Position numbers and translations under genes: made by a program. A stretch of 64,000 nt of DNA from Phoronis australis (lineage: Eukaryota > Animalia > Phoronida). Location: the NCBI GenBank assembly GCA_002633005.1, contig NMRA01000057.1:307567-371566 (forward strand), read 5' to 3'. The notes under the pieces were generated by a model that worked only from the letters and a program-made list of their open reading frames with translations, ran no database searches and was not told where the DNA came from. This document shows, in pieces, positions 11,577 to 30,200 of this stretch; the first letter of the stretch is position 1, and the number at the start of each line of letters is the position of its first letter.

Positions 11577-14500
11577 CTATAAATCAACGGTGGCCTTCAA
11601 ATCTTTCATGTCATGAACGCCGTCCTTGTCGACTAGTCGCACTTTGAACGTTGGCATGTTTACTAGAAAACGCTTTTGGATCTGAAATTCAAAAAGAATA
11701 AAAATGACAATTGTGGTAAGCATGAAAAGAATTCTACGTTCACCCTTTCACCAGTCAAGATTGGGTAACTTGTCCAGTTTGCATACCTCGAAATTTGCTG
11801 GCAATGTTCATAGACACCATAATGTTGTAGTTAATTAAATTGCCTCAGGCTGCTTATGTCAACGTTCTCTACATAATCAAACACATCATAAAGACACAGG
11901 GGGCAACAATAGTATTTTTAAATTTTCATTTTGAAAGTTTTTAAATAGCACATTTGAATAGTTCATGAAAAGTACACGTGATTAGGTTTTTGAATTTTGA
12001 ATATGGAACAAGTAATGTGACTTACAACCTAAAACGTTTGTTTAATGTTGGCAACATGCTCCTCATTAATTCTGGTGAGTGTACAACATAATTGGGCCAA
12101 TTACCAAACTACCAGGCAGCACTTGGATTTTGAGGTAAGTCAAATGTCATCGTACAGTTCTTGACATGGTATAAAAGGCCAAAGAATTAATATCTTGAAC
12201 TTACATTAAAGTAGTATAATATTGACTGAGAAGCCCCAAGAAACAAATTTTACAAATTAAACCAACAGTTCATTCAAATCCAATGCTAAAATTACAAACT
12301 TAGTAGGTAATAAAAATATGTCATGAGCACTTTCATTCAATGACAGAAGACGAATGACATCCCTATCCAAGCATAATTCCAAAAATGCATTTTTAGACCA
12401 CAAAACCCAATTATATCCCAACCTTTGGTATCATAGAATTTGCAAACATGTGCACAATGTGAAATTTGCAATTAACTGTTGGGTCACATTTCATGTCCTT
12501 GAATTAAATGTTGTCAGCGCATGACAGATGGCAGTAATAGTCCCATCCCATGTGACCATTCCTGACATTACTCAATATAGACACAAAATGACTTACCTCA
12601 TTGACACATTTTTGTAGTAATTTCATGGCATCTTCACGGCTAATGTCTGAAAAAAATGAAAAAAAAAACAAATAAGAATACGGGAGAGTAATACTCTTAT
12701 CTTACAGAAACTTAAAGTACGGTATATCAATCAGCAAAATTTCCTAACAAAGTACACTGAGTGACCTGAGTTTTCAGTGTAACCATTTACCAACAAGTAT
12801 GCTTTTAGGTCACATGATGAAAGCAAAGGACTAAAAAGCAATCACGTGGCTTCTGCCTGGGTACAGACTCCACATCGAAGAAAATTTTGCATGTCATCGC
12901 TCGTACCCAAGATATCAGCCAGCAGATCTAACTGGTTCTTATCGTAGGAGGCTAATCTGATGGCTCAATGTATGGCTGCACTATGTTCTGGTAGTGGTAG
13001 CATGTGGCTGGCCATAATTTTATCATAATTACACTTGTTGACTATGGATAGTAATAAGACCAATGCTTAATGCAAAGGTTAGACACTTTGAGGTCCATTA
13101 TGTTAAGCAAGAAAGTTATTTTAGAGCACATAAGGCAGGTCTAAGATGAAATTTGAATCACAGAATACAATATTTTCAAATACTGTTTACCCAGAATGAC
13201 AAGTGATGAATCATGAAAGGGCATTTTATCTACTCTGAAGGGAAATTCAGATTGTACCCCACCTCCATTATGGGGGAATTCTACTTAATACATTCAGCCA
13301 TCAAGACGAGGAATTCCGGGTCATTTTATACGATTATTTTTGGTAGCGTATTACACAAAACACAAAAGCCTTAACAGTTGCTTCATCATATCACGATGAC
13401 ATTACCTGGGGTGTAGTTCCTGTCCATGATACTGAGTGTAAAGAATGAACCGTAGCCATGGACACCAAATGGCACCTTATTCATGGAGGCGAGATAGTCT
13501 AGGAAGTACAAGCCTGGTCCCTCCTGCTCATCAAAGCCAGCCATCAATAGGTTGACCTGATAGGGTGTCTGTAAAAGGCAAAAAAGACCTAGATTAATAA
13601 TGACAAAGAACACAATTACGAAATCACAATTTTTGAAATACTAAACTAATATTTTTAAGTCACCTGTTTATTCAATGATTTCCAATAAGCCTACTTTGTA
13701 AAAAATCAATCTGCTGAATAAATGCACACTTTTGCAACAGTAAGTGTCGCACAAAATTCAAGACCATCTCGTACAAAAATCACTCAAGTGATTCTGAAAT
13801 TCAGTGTCTACATGTAATGCAGATCTCCCATCAAGAACAACTACACCTTACGTTGTCATGAAAAGATATTTAGCCAGTTTGATTAGGTAATCCAAATATC
13901 AATTTGTGTATTGACCTCATCAGCAATGTTTCAAAATTTATTTACAGGGTGATCAAGGAAGTTAACACAGTCAACTCCACGATTCCTGACAGCACTTTTC
14001 CCCCGTTTCAAGCATCAGTTCTCTCCCCCCAAGTCACCATCAATCCTCTCCCGGCGACCAGCAGTTCCTCCGCAAGTCACCGTAAATCCTCTCATCCACC
14101 AGCAGTCCCCCCCCCTCCCCTACCAATTTCCATTTCCAACCCCTTATGCTCACCCTGCTTCTGAGATAATCGGCCAGATTCTTGCGTGTGAAGTTAGCTG
14201 CAGCATTGGGTGAGAGTTCATAGCCTAAAACAATTATTAAAGACAATTATCAAACAGAATTAATCGACTAAAACCAGTATTCCCAACAACCAGTTTCGAC
14301 TTATGCTGACAGTTAGAACTTTTGGCACATCAAGTCGCTTCTTAAACAAATTATGACATTTGTACACCAGTTCAACAATAGATTCTATGCCTTCACATAC
14401 AAACCCCTCACAATACAAATATGAATTTTGTATTTCCCATAGAATTTTCTATCGTGGAGAACACTGAACACGCAGCTTGACATAAACACAAAAATTAAGT

Positions 14501-16916
14501 ACGCAATTCGCCAAAAAGGTGGTATTGGTTTAGGTCAAACACACTTTCCTTAAACAATTAATATGGTCAACATGCCACTATTCATAGACTACCACAACGA
14601 TCTGGTCAACGAAAATTCAGACATTGCGTCTTCAACTTTACTAATTCAAAACAAGAGTACAGTTTGATTACAGTCCACCACAAACAGCAACTTTTGATTT
14701 AGACCATTTGCCATAATGAAGTTATAATCGATTTCAGGGCATCAGAAGAATTGAAAGTTTGTTATTGTTCGAGTCTACGCCATAAATGTTGGCTAATCAC
14801 AGCATATCATTTTTTGCGCTAAGCATGGTCTCAAAGAATAATGAACTGTCAGTTCTTTGCAAAGAGTGCAACATTGGCTAATACTTGGTTTAATCATACT
14901 GAAGGTATATTGAGCACTGACTATTACCTTGAGGCATCCCGTTTTACCTACAGTGAGGGTAGCATGTTTTGAAATAATTTTGAGCCTGTACTGACATAAA
15001 AAGTCAGGTCTTGAGGGACATAGTGGAGCTGAATAGGTGTTGTATTTGGCTTACAAACCATTTTACTATTATGACTTAGAAGTTGGCTGCTTTTGACCAG
15101 CTGAAGTAGTTTCAAGACAACTTTAAATATAGATCACAACATGTCCTCCAACCAATACCAAGTCAACAAGACCAAAGACTAGCTGTCAGACATAATTGCT
15201 TAAAGAAGCAGGAGTATATGATGAGCTCCAAGAATACAGACAGAATTAATCTCAATAACTCCTACTGACCATTCCTCATCTTGTAAAGCTGTATATTTTT
15301 CTCGATGTACTCTGCAAACTGCACAGTGTCCCCACTTTCTCCACTGACAAGCATCAGCAGCTTGTCGCTGAGCTTGAACATTTTATCGTGATCTGAAAAA
15401 TAAAGGATAGATGATGAAAAAATACATAGCCCAAGAGGGGTGCGATGATAAAACAAAATCTTGTTGAAAATGAGGGGGTACCCCAAATTCCAAAATTCAC
15501 ATCAAGTCAGTCACAAAAGCAATTTTTACTCATAATAACTTGTCTCAATTGTTGGCATACCAAAACGAAATTGTTGTTAATGAACAACTCTAATCATTCA
15601 ATCCAAAAACCAAAGGCAATATTTCTTTTTCATTAATCTATACCTGGAATGCAATAATTCAAATTCATCAGCAATTGAGATGGTAGTTAACTGGGTGCAA
15701 CAGTCACTATGCCAAGTCCAGATCACCAAGAAGTGACTGATCTTCATAACAAAACATAATACATCACCATGTATTTTTACCAACTACTACTACCAGGTCC
15801 ACAACAAGCACAACACAAAGGCGATGTTTTTACATTAACGTTTTTCACACCATTTTTATTTTGGAACAAAAAACTGTTTCAATTTTTTATTTGAATCGCT
15901 TAAACATTATATGAAATTGGTCCCAAATTGTTCCTAAAATCTAATTAAAGGTTCTTTCATAGTCTAGAAAGAACTAAGATTGTTTATTGCTCAAGACCAG
16001 GCTCTAACAGTTAGCTGGTCATAGGACCAATAATTTAATAGACTCTGTGACTTTTTTCAAGCTGAATCTAAGCGACTTCTCATCTGAGTTAGGAACACGT
16101 TGAGATCAGTTTTATAGAGGTGAGTGATCTAAATCAGAAGTTATTTCATAGATGGAATGCAGGTTGTAGCTGCTTTAACTTACTGGGCCAGTGCCAGTGG
16201 GGTTGTCTCGTCACCTGTGAACATGAATTCTGACTCCAGAGGCGGATCTACAGGGGGTGGGGTTCAGGGGGTTCAAACCCACCCCCCTTGGGACAGGATC
16301 AAAAATAAAAATTGAAAAAAAATTTGCCAGAAAAACGAAATTAGCTACTAAAAACCACAAAAAATCTTACACGGGAGGAGGGGAACCCTCTCCCGACCTT
16401 CCTGACCTTAGCCTCGCCGCTACGCGCCTCAAATTCGCTCGAATCCTAAACCCCCCCTAATGAAAATGTAGATCTGCCACTGTGGACTCTGTACAACATA
16501 ATATGACATACTGTCGTATAATTTGTAGTTTTGTACCATCTCATCTGACAAATATGAGAATCAAGATTAACACAAGCACAAAATCAAAGACACTCAGCTT
16601 TAGCTCTACACTACTGTATAAAATATCAAAGTATCTGGGATCGGTTGGATTTCGAGTTGCCGATTTGGGAGGTACATGCAAGTAGTTGTTGATTTTGGAC
16701 CCAGCAAGGCCAGCAACAAAGCAAGCTCTAGACTAGGGCCAGGTCGCAAAAATGCAAATCATTGCCAGTGTCAGTGAACGACATGGTATACATGGCAATG
16801 TTTTAGCGTTAAAGATTTGAACTACCTGTTTTCATTGTAACTATGCTCCTAGCAGAAATCGTGTCTGACGCAACCAAAACATAATCTTTTCCCTGTATGC
16901 CAATTAAACATTCCAT
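11577..16916 (-). CDS. PSMB2: Proteasome subunit beta type-2 (20S beta4), 200 aa, 6 exons
   Basis: Exons 16916-16826, 15392-15270, 14224-14154, 13568-13406, 12646-12597, 11681-11577 (91/123/71/163/50/105 nt, all GT-AG, total 603). Protein [122 protein letters not shown]. Confidence 0.97.
16237..16482. mobile_element. hAT-like MITE in PSMB2 intron 1
   Basis: TIRs CAGAGGCGGATCTACA and the reverse complement of TGTAGATCTGCCACTG (14/16), with G-run/C-run subterminal blocks. Flanks CTGACTC / TGGACTC look like a degenerate TSD. Confidence 0.7.
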
Positions 16917-17187
16917 TTTGGCAAAATTATAGTTTTTCGCGTCTGCCCGGTCTTTGTCTGTCTGTTCGATCCAGCGCTACGCTCCAAGTTGTACATTTTA
17001 AAAATAGATTATTTAAGAATTTAATGATGCTTTTTTTCAGAAAACATATCTTTAACGGTATATATCGTATGCTTTTAAAATATTTTATGGTTTTTTAGTT
17101 TGTTTTAAGTGGAAAAAAGTTCAAAATTAAATATATTTTAATTTATTGTTTCGGTTTGAGTCATCGGCCTTCACCTTCATTTCCAAC
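16917..17187. promoter_or_regulatory. Compact bidirectional promoter shared by PSMB2 and FDX2
   Basis: Divergent ATGs at 16916 (-) and 17188 (+) are only 271 bp apart. AT-rich core with more GC-rich flanks; AP-1-like TGAGTCA at 17157-17163. Confidence 0.75.
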
Positions 17188-21468
<4,281 letters not shown>

Positions 21469-22632
21469 GAGTCAGAGATCGACGTAGGGTGTACAGTTAC
21501 GCACAATTTGCAAAGTTTATTTGCGGCGAGTGCTCTCAAAAAGCAGTTTAATGTACCACCGATGTTTAGGTTTGGCAGTGCAATTACCACAACATGTGAC
21601 AATAACATGGTCCTTGTCTAGTAGATATGAAAATGTTAGCCATTGTCACGTGACCAATGTATGAAAATGAAATTAAAGTTATCTAGGACCGTAATAAACG
21701 ACCTCAACTTTAAGTCAAATATTGAAAAAACTATGCAGCTTTGTATATATTTTTTGAAAAGAGAAAGATCGAGGATTCTAAAAAATGCTTCTTATTATTG
21801 TCACGTGACCATGTTCTTACTACAGCATTTAAATGTGGACTTGAGCTGTAGTAATTTTGTCCTCTTTACATCCATACACAAGTAGTTTTACCCAGGTGTA
21901 CATTTTTGGTAGTATAATTCACTCTTCCTCTCAGTATAGGTATTGAGACTTAAATAATGGGTGCTCTTAAACACGTATTAGACAACTCTGATGGATTACC
22001 CATTACTCGTGCAGATTTCACTGTACTCATAGTCCTTATGGCTGTAAGGAATCTTATGGGTATTTGCAAAACCTGAATTATTTTATGCACACTGCATTTG
22101 GATGTCGTTCATAAAATTTTATCCACGAGTCTGTTTCGTCAATCATTTAATGGATTCTTGCTGTTTTTTCTTTAGTTTTGCAGCTAACACTTGTAATGGG
22201 TTTGACATGTGTGGAAGCACTTTTATAGACTTATTCTTAAGACCATAGTCTATTGTAATATGGACTCCCAATTCTGTATATTATTCTCAATGTACAAAAT
22301 CTATGATCTTGCGCACAAGCCATGACCAACAATATTGGCCGTAACCCCTTTATTAAGCAATGGCACCAGGTGAAATGCATGTTTTACTTCTGGAAAGTGT
22401 CGCATTCTGCTCACTTACCAGAAGCTTGAAAGAGTGGCACCTCTTCAGAGAATTCCACAAGAAAGTATCGGAGTTGGGAATCTCTTTTGGAAATTTCTAT
22501 GGCATGGCGAGATTAAATATTTAAGGAATTTTGAAGTCAAAATCTACTCACAAATAGTTGTACTGAAACATTCTCCATGAAGTATTTTGTTAAAAAGTGA
22601 AGCCAAAAGATCTCCATGATAGCAAGTAGCAG

Positions 22633-22744
22633 CATTTATTAAAGAAAACAACAACGGTTTTAAGTCGACTTGACATGTTTCGGTGTCATTATGACACTGA
22701 AACATGTCAAGTCAACTTAAAACTGTTGTTTTCTTTAATAAATG
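22633..22744. repeat. 112-bp near-perfect palindrome, possibly inverted Penelope-like element termini
   Basis: CATTTATTAAAGAAAACAAC...GACATGTTTCGGTGTCAT-T-ATGACACTGAAACATGTC...GTTGTTTTCTTTAATAAATG. The arms pair except for two substitutions and a 3-nt indel. Confidence 0.85.
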
Positions 22745-23642
22745 AAGCCAAAAGGAGTAAGATGTTCATGGGTAAACTGTGAATATTCAAACTGGTGTCT
22801 TTAAAATATATAATTTATTGAAGCTTTTGTTGTTTTGATTTTGTCAACAGTGGTTACCAGTTTATGTCCAGTTTTGTAAACAGAGGGCATTCTTAATCTA
22901 ACACAAAACCTCCCTAAGTTCGGTGATACTGGACCAAGAGATTTTATCTGCATACGGTGAAATCCAATTTGTCTCAAGGGCAGAGTGTATGAACTAGAGC
23001 CACCAATCAACCATACAGCAGAACTATGTCAGAGTTAATTGAAAATCTAACTAGTGCATACCCGACTTGCGCAAATTTTATTGGAACGTGTATTTAGAAC
23101 ACATTCAAACAATATGGCAGTGAATTGATTTGTGTCACATTTCTCAACAAGAACAACACAGATTGACAAAATTTTAGTCTATTATTGGCTTAACTTGTAC
23201 TGTACATGTTCCATGCGAAACAAAATTTGCAAAGCTTTCATTATTTGAAGTGAGGTAACAAACCTTTGAAAAATCGAAATATTAAAATTTTCACAACATT
23301 GTTTTTGAGCAAAATGAATTGCGGTAAACTACCATAAAATTGAAAGCAGATACACTCTAAGGCACAAGGAAATTAGGAAGGATTGAAAAAAAATTGTGCC
23401 ATGGAAACCCTATCGTGTTTTGCATCATTCTACATTATTCTCTAATTCAGTTGTCGACACGCAAGGCAAACAGTAGTGAAGACACTATACTGTCTAGAGG
23501 AGCCATTGTCTGCTTCATGGTGTAAACTGGTTTGCACTTCTTTAATGGATTAATTACCGTATCTATTTCTGACTCGGTTTAAATAAATTAACAAGGTACA
23601 GACATTGATTGTTACACATTAAAGTACATTTGACAGATATCA

Positions 23643-23744
23643 CAGATCACATGGTTTCCTGTCGGCACTACAGATCACATGGTTTCCTGTCGGCACTACA
23701 GATCACATGGTTTCCTGTCGGCACTACAGATCACATGGTTTCCT
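23643..23744. repeat. 28-bp perfect tandem repeat (3.6 copies)
   Basis: CAGATCACATGGTTTCCTGTCGGCACTA at 23643, 23671, 23699 and partial at 23727. Confidence 0.95.
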
Positions 23745-24209
23745 CTCCATCACAGATAACTAAGAATAAGATATAACAATACAGTAAACGAATCTCGTTG
23801 AAGTCTCAAACGTTCGTCGATGATCTCGCAGAAATTGTGGAGGAAACCTGAAGAAAAACTTTGGTTTTGTGATGGGATGATTTTTGATGAGATGTTTCAT
23901 CTCATTTATGTACGAAATGTGCAGACATGAAACATATATGAATGGGTGCTATCTGTTAACATTCTATACTACAAGGTACTGCAAACTAAGGAATCTAAAA
24001 CAGCCTGCAGCATACAGATTTTAATCTCCACATTTTGCCATAAAAATACATTATATGCTGAGAAAAATAAAAAATTAATAATGATTCAAGGAAGTGCATG
24101 TTTTTAAAGCTCATAAACAAAATCTGAAGAAATGACTTGGCAGACATTCTTACAAAGCATGTCCATATTAGTCAGAAGTTTTCTAAATTCTGAGCAGTGC
24201 CTCCTAGTG

Positions 24210-27200
24210 TCATAGTTGCGACTCATCTAAGGTCGTCGTCCATGCAACTAAATCATCTACTTCACCGTCCCATGTCGCCTGGTCCAAGCTGGACTTCATT
24301 AGAGGTGTATTGACTGGGACATTGACCCCGTGTCGAAATGAGTCCATATCTACATCTGGGGATCTGCCAACTGAATCTAAAATAGGAAGAAATAATAATA
24401 ATAAGAAAATGACTTGTGCAACTTTATTTGTCTTACAGAAAAATGAATATAAAAACAGACAGCTAACATGGAAATTTATAGCTTCAATGTTTAGAGTTCC
24501 GAAATAAACATTTTGTTTGTTTGATAATATTTAGAATGAGCCTCACTTTATAGATTAAAGCAAACAATTTTTCTTGAACATTTGTTGTCCAACAATTTTT
24601 CATAATAAAATTTAGTTATATCATAAAGAGTAAAGCAAACTAACCCCAAAGAAAAGGCTAACCTCATAGAGGAATGATAACATCTAAGCATAAAAACACC
24701 CACAGTAGCAAAATTGGCAAATATTCCATCCTGAGTATGCAATTAAAATTTCATATCCAGTTTAGACAATTTAAATCTAAATTCTCCAGGTCAATGGTAG
24801 AAAGTAACAATTAAAAATTGCCAGTTTCACATGTTTCACTTACTTATTCTTTCCTTTAGATACAATGACTTCATTCTCTGTATCTCTGCCAACTTGTTGT
24901 CTTTAAAATCATCCTCTTTTCCCCCTTTCACTCTTCCTTTGTACAACGTCTTGTGACTAGGAGAAAACATACAAACACAGCTTATAAACATTAGGTATGT
25001 CCCAAAGACATGAGATATTGCCATGCATTACAAGCTAACCATACAATTTTTTTCTTGCGAGAGGAAGTTGTTGTTAACAGCAGGACAGAATTATTTTCAA
25101 TATCAAGCACTCTGCCCTACTAAAACAATCTCTCTTTCAGTGAGTATTCCAGAGAAGACAGTTATCAAAGTAGGTCTGGGCCCAGTATCTAATCTTTGTA
25201 TTCGAAATCAAACTTAATATTATGGCATTTTCCACCCTACTTTTATGCAAGATACAAAAGACAAGTACAACAAAAAATGACAAAAAGTGAGTTCAATTCC
25301 GAGTACAAAGAACGAACTCTGGGCCCTGATCTATTGTAACTTTCCCGACACTCTTTTGTCCAGCATCACACACAAAAACTGATACACAGGCAAAATATTT
25401 ACCATTTTTCGAAGAGTTACAGAATTATTAAGAGTCATTTCTAACAAAACAGTTGCCCTCAAAAGAATCATCAATCTTATACTAATCTATTCACAAGGTG
25501 CCATGAAATGAGCCGCGTTTCTCATATATTTTGTAATATAATTCACTAAACATTTTACAACTAGAGTTTCAAAGTGCCAGATTCAAAATATACACCTAAA
25601 ATTTCACATTTTTTGGCTAACTTGTTGAAGAGTCCTCACATAACCTAACCCAACCATATGGCCACACTAAGTTCCCACATAATCTAATAACCTAACCCTA
25701 TGGTCACACTTACTCCAACACTTGTAAATTTTCTCTGTGTTTCCTCTCTTCCTCTCCCATACCACTATGGACATCGGCCAGGCCAGGCTTAGCTTTTACT
25801 TCATCAACATCTGCAAAATTAAGGAATTCTTCAATGACAATCAATGCGAATAGTGTGATGTGTGAGTAATAAAACCAAATGAGCAATAAGTTATACCTCT
25901 GTCCAAATGAATACCATTGAAAAAAAACGCTATAAACCTGGGGTCCGTTCCAACAAAACTGACTTAGCTAAGACAAATCTTAAAGTTTTGTAAATTTTAA
26001 AATAAAAGTTAAATTTGTCTCAAAACCAATTCAAGAAAGAGATCTTAAGTTTGACTTAAGTGTTTGACATAAATTTTGTCTTAATTTTGACTAACTTGCC
26101 GAATGTGGAAGTTTCAAAGTTTGAAAGTAAAGACAAATCTTAAACTTAAGTCAAAAATGAACTTAAGTCAGTTTCTTGGAACAGGCCCCTGCCTTCGGTC
26201 ACAATTTTTTTTTTGATTTAGACAAGTAGCTTACCTAGTTGGGACAGTCAAAATTCCTAAGCAAGTAGCAAGTAACAAGTCTTTGATTGGTGGGCGACAT
26301 GCAATCTCACACCTGAGCACATTCAGTTGGTGGTGTTAGGGAAGCATTTTCTAGCCAATCAAGACATTTGTTTCCACTTGTTTGATTACAATGTGTCCAG
26401 GTTCTGAATTCACAGAGATTGCATTCCTTCCATTACGTTATGTGTATGTCTATCAAGATAAAAATCCATTGAAATTTTTTTCTCACACTCATTTCTAAAG
26501 TTCTGCGATGGCAGAGATGTGGCCATTCCTTTCCACATGCGATGATATTCATCAAAGGACACCTTGGTGATGACATCTGGAACTGGCCTACTTCGGGAGG
26601 TGGACTTTTGAACACCCACCGAGGACGGCTGTTTGATTTCTATCACAGGGATTGGCTTGCTTATTGCATAAGGATCGAGACCCACTATAAAGTATGACAA
26701 GCAAAATTGTTATCAGACTTGAAATAAAGATGTCAAACCATATTGAAATATTGTCAGACTGTTGTCAATACATAATTAAACACACACAAATCACGCAATC
26801 AAAATGTTTTCTGCCGTGCAGTGTTTTCAAAATTATGGGTTCAAACGATGTCTTTTAATATGTCAAACATTTTGGAGAGAATAAATTAAGTGAAGTGACT
26901 GGTCTTGAAGAGGTACATCAAGACTTACAACATTGAAATTATTTTCTGTTTGATTTCAGTTCATCAAGAATCCATCAGTGCACCATCCTTGTTTTATGTT
27001 TGGCAATAAAAGCAATTAAATTTTAAAAAAACAGACGGTACGGTAATTCGTCCCTTATTTTGCATTACTACTGCACTGAAGCAGACAACAATGCTGCAAT
27101 TCACTTCTACACAGTACAGACCTTAGCTAATGAATGTTTGAAAAACATTCTTGAGTTACACCTTCTGCACACATTTCTATAGGAATTGGTGCATTTTTAC

Positions 27201-30200
27201 CCCTAGAGCCACAGGAAGGTTGTACGTAACCATATCAAGAAGGCTTAGGTTCCAATCCCTCATGTGCCCAAGGTTGATGTATTGCCAGAGTTGGTGAGGC
27301 TTGGTTAAGCGTGATCTTAGTAGATCTGGATATGAACAATCTTACGGTAAACAGCCCAGGCTTAATTTACAAAAACTTTAAACTTAAAATTTTGAGAACG
27401 CAACCTTCAAAATGTTCTTCAGCGACAAAAATTAACACATTTTTAGTAAGGATTATTAGTCTTCATACACACCATATGTTGGTCACATCCCGTGACCTAT
27501 AGTTAAGTCTGAAAAGATCTCTGACCCGACCGGGATTCCAACCCGCTATTTTCTGCTAACCATGCAGACTCTTGTCCACTAGAAATTAACATAGTTGGAC
27601 CTTAAATTTATAAAAAATCAGTGAACTATGAACAGAAATCACAACTTTAAATGGCATATGAAAGAATTTAATTTGTTGAATACTGATTATGTTTCCATAC
27701 ATTTACATATACAATAGACAAGTTCGGTACGCAGAACAACACGCCTGTATTTTCAGGTTTTGGGGTAACAGGCAGTAAGTAACTAAAGAAATTTTCCTTG
27801 TGAATATCCAAAATTTTCTTAATGTTTATTTTTTGCGGAAATTGACAAATATTTCACTCGTCAGCCATATTATGTGCTGAATAGGTGAAGAAATGAGAGA
27901 CCATAGTTACTAAACGTGCTATGAAGGATACATTTGAAGTCTGCATGTTCGTGTTTTGCAAAGTAAGGAGCAGTAAAAAACTTGCCATGCAAATCCATAA
28001 TCCAAAGAATGCAGTAAATTCTTCAACTATTTAGTGCTCAATATGGCAGACTGGAGCAATTTTTAATTCATCAAAAAATAAAATAAAGATTAAGAAAATT
28101 CTACTTCATATTCACCTTGGTTTATACCAAGTAGATGTCACCAAGCATTATATGGAAAATTTTCTGTTAGTTTCAGTAATCGACCTTTGTAAAATAAAAA
28201 GTAACAATTTGGGCAATTATTTTTGTGTGAAATACGTAAATAATTACAATTATTTTCTTTAGGCTTATCATAACCATCTCAAAAATATTTCAACTACCTC
28301 AAATGCTTAAATATCACTTAGTTTGCTACACTGACTCCTAACACTTACTATCTAACCTCTGGCTTGCAGCCACACAGTCAGCTATAGTCTCATTGTAAAC
28401 AGCAGGTCTGTTCATGCATAGTTCAGCTGCTTGCGAGTTCACAGCCTTTTCTAACACAGGGTTGGATAACAGTAACTGCAAGAGAGTGGACAATAGGTCA
28501 GACATATTCCAAATTAGTATAACCAAGTGATTTCACATCCAAGGTAGAAAAATATTACCAGAGGTTTTTCTACTGCTTTAATACCTGCAGTCTTTGTAGT
28601 TAAGCTGCTCCCTATGGTAGTTTTCAAAAAAATTTTGATGCAGGTGAAAAATTAACAACACTAAAACATTTGACAACAAGACAAATTTATGGTTCCAATA
28701 TTTCACCGATTGTTGACAAGAGGAGATTTAGTCAACTTTTGTAAAACTAAAAACAATATTCACAACAGGAGACAATTGTATGACCAGTGCTTGAATGTGT
28801 TTGCAACCACACACATCTTTACTAATGATCACTATAAGCTTCCTATTCTGTAAACTGAAGTCTCCAAAAGAGGATCTACGATATGACAACATGGAGAGTT
28901 ACTCATGTTGGCGGCACCATTTCGTGCTGGCAACAGAGGTTTAAACTATTGCTGATCCTCATTCCCCACACCAGTAGATCCATCACTGATCTCTTGGCTG
29001 ACTTTTTAAGGGTATTATCAAATGTCAAACAAACGAGCAATTATTGAAGTAATCAAAAAATTCTGAAGCGATCTTTTTCTTCCTTAGATGTGAAATATGA
29101 TTTCTACACGTTGATGCATAATGTAAAATGGATGCAAGACAATTTTAGAGACTTTAGGCACTTATAAACTGGACACATTATTTTCACAGATTTAAGATGG
29201 CCAGCACATCAAAATAGCAAAAAAAGTGTCTTCATGCTATCGGCTAAATTGTGTATGAGCGTGAAATCGCGTGCAGTCCACCAAACAAAGACTAGCAGCT
29301 TTCTCAAGAATTTTGACTACCCCAAGTAGGTGACACGGTTAATACTAAGTATGTCCTATCATGACAACATTGTGTTATGGTGACATTCATACTCACCAGT
29401 CAATGTCCTTCTAGTCAATGCTTTTAATACGTTGAATAGACTATTAAAATAATCAAGCACTGCCTATATACTCTCATACAAGAAATTTTTCTTTTATGTC
29501 AACTCAGACAGACGATACCAAGGATTGTATTGCTACATAATATGTTTTAATCATTACCATCAGCTGACTTTTATTTAGTTGGATACAACTCTGGACAACT
29601 TAAAACCTTATAACACTAAATTCCAGAGCTAGAAGTGGTCCAAGATTTCTGGTAAAAGTTATACAAAATAGCAACAACATGTTACAATTATTGTTTAAGA
29701 AAGATAGTTGTGTGTGTGTGCTACATTGAACTAATCACCTGTATAGACAATAAAATACTCATGATGCTAATTGAAGGTTGCCATAGTGATGGGTTGTCTA
29801 GGAAATCTATGCATGGCTGTCCGGTAATGGGGTCAACTGAAAGGACAAATAAAATGTTAATAAATTTTGTGAAGGGTTACGTTCTTCAAATGATCAAGAC
29901 ACACAATTCCTTAACAAGATGTAAATTAATTTTTACAACAAATATGACAACCATCCCTCCACCGCTAAATTCAGTTCTTTCCTCAAAGGTGCATAAAACT
30001 CATTTGGTAACTCAACTTATTGAACTGCCACCTGTTGGTAAAGTCATGTGACTGGATGTGCCTTCATGCAACACATTACCCTGACTCTGGATTTGAAACG
30101 TCATAATGAAAAACAAATAAATTGTTCTTTTTACAAGCTGAAAACACTGACTATGGAGGCTCACTAAATGCAAATTCTTTATTTAACAAATGATGGAATC

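Noticed and set aside
17157-17166. Nrf1/Cnc antioxidant response element for PSMB2
   Set aside because: Only the AP-1 heptamer is present; the required GC dinucleotide is missing on both strands.
27489-27582. Functional tRNA gene
   Set aside because: The B-box is mutated, and there is no acceptor stem or full cloverleaf; kept only as a SINE fragment.
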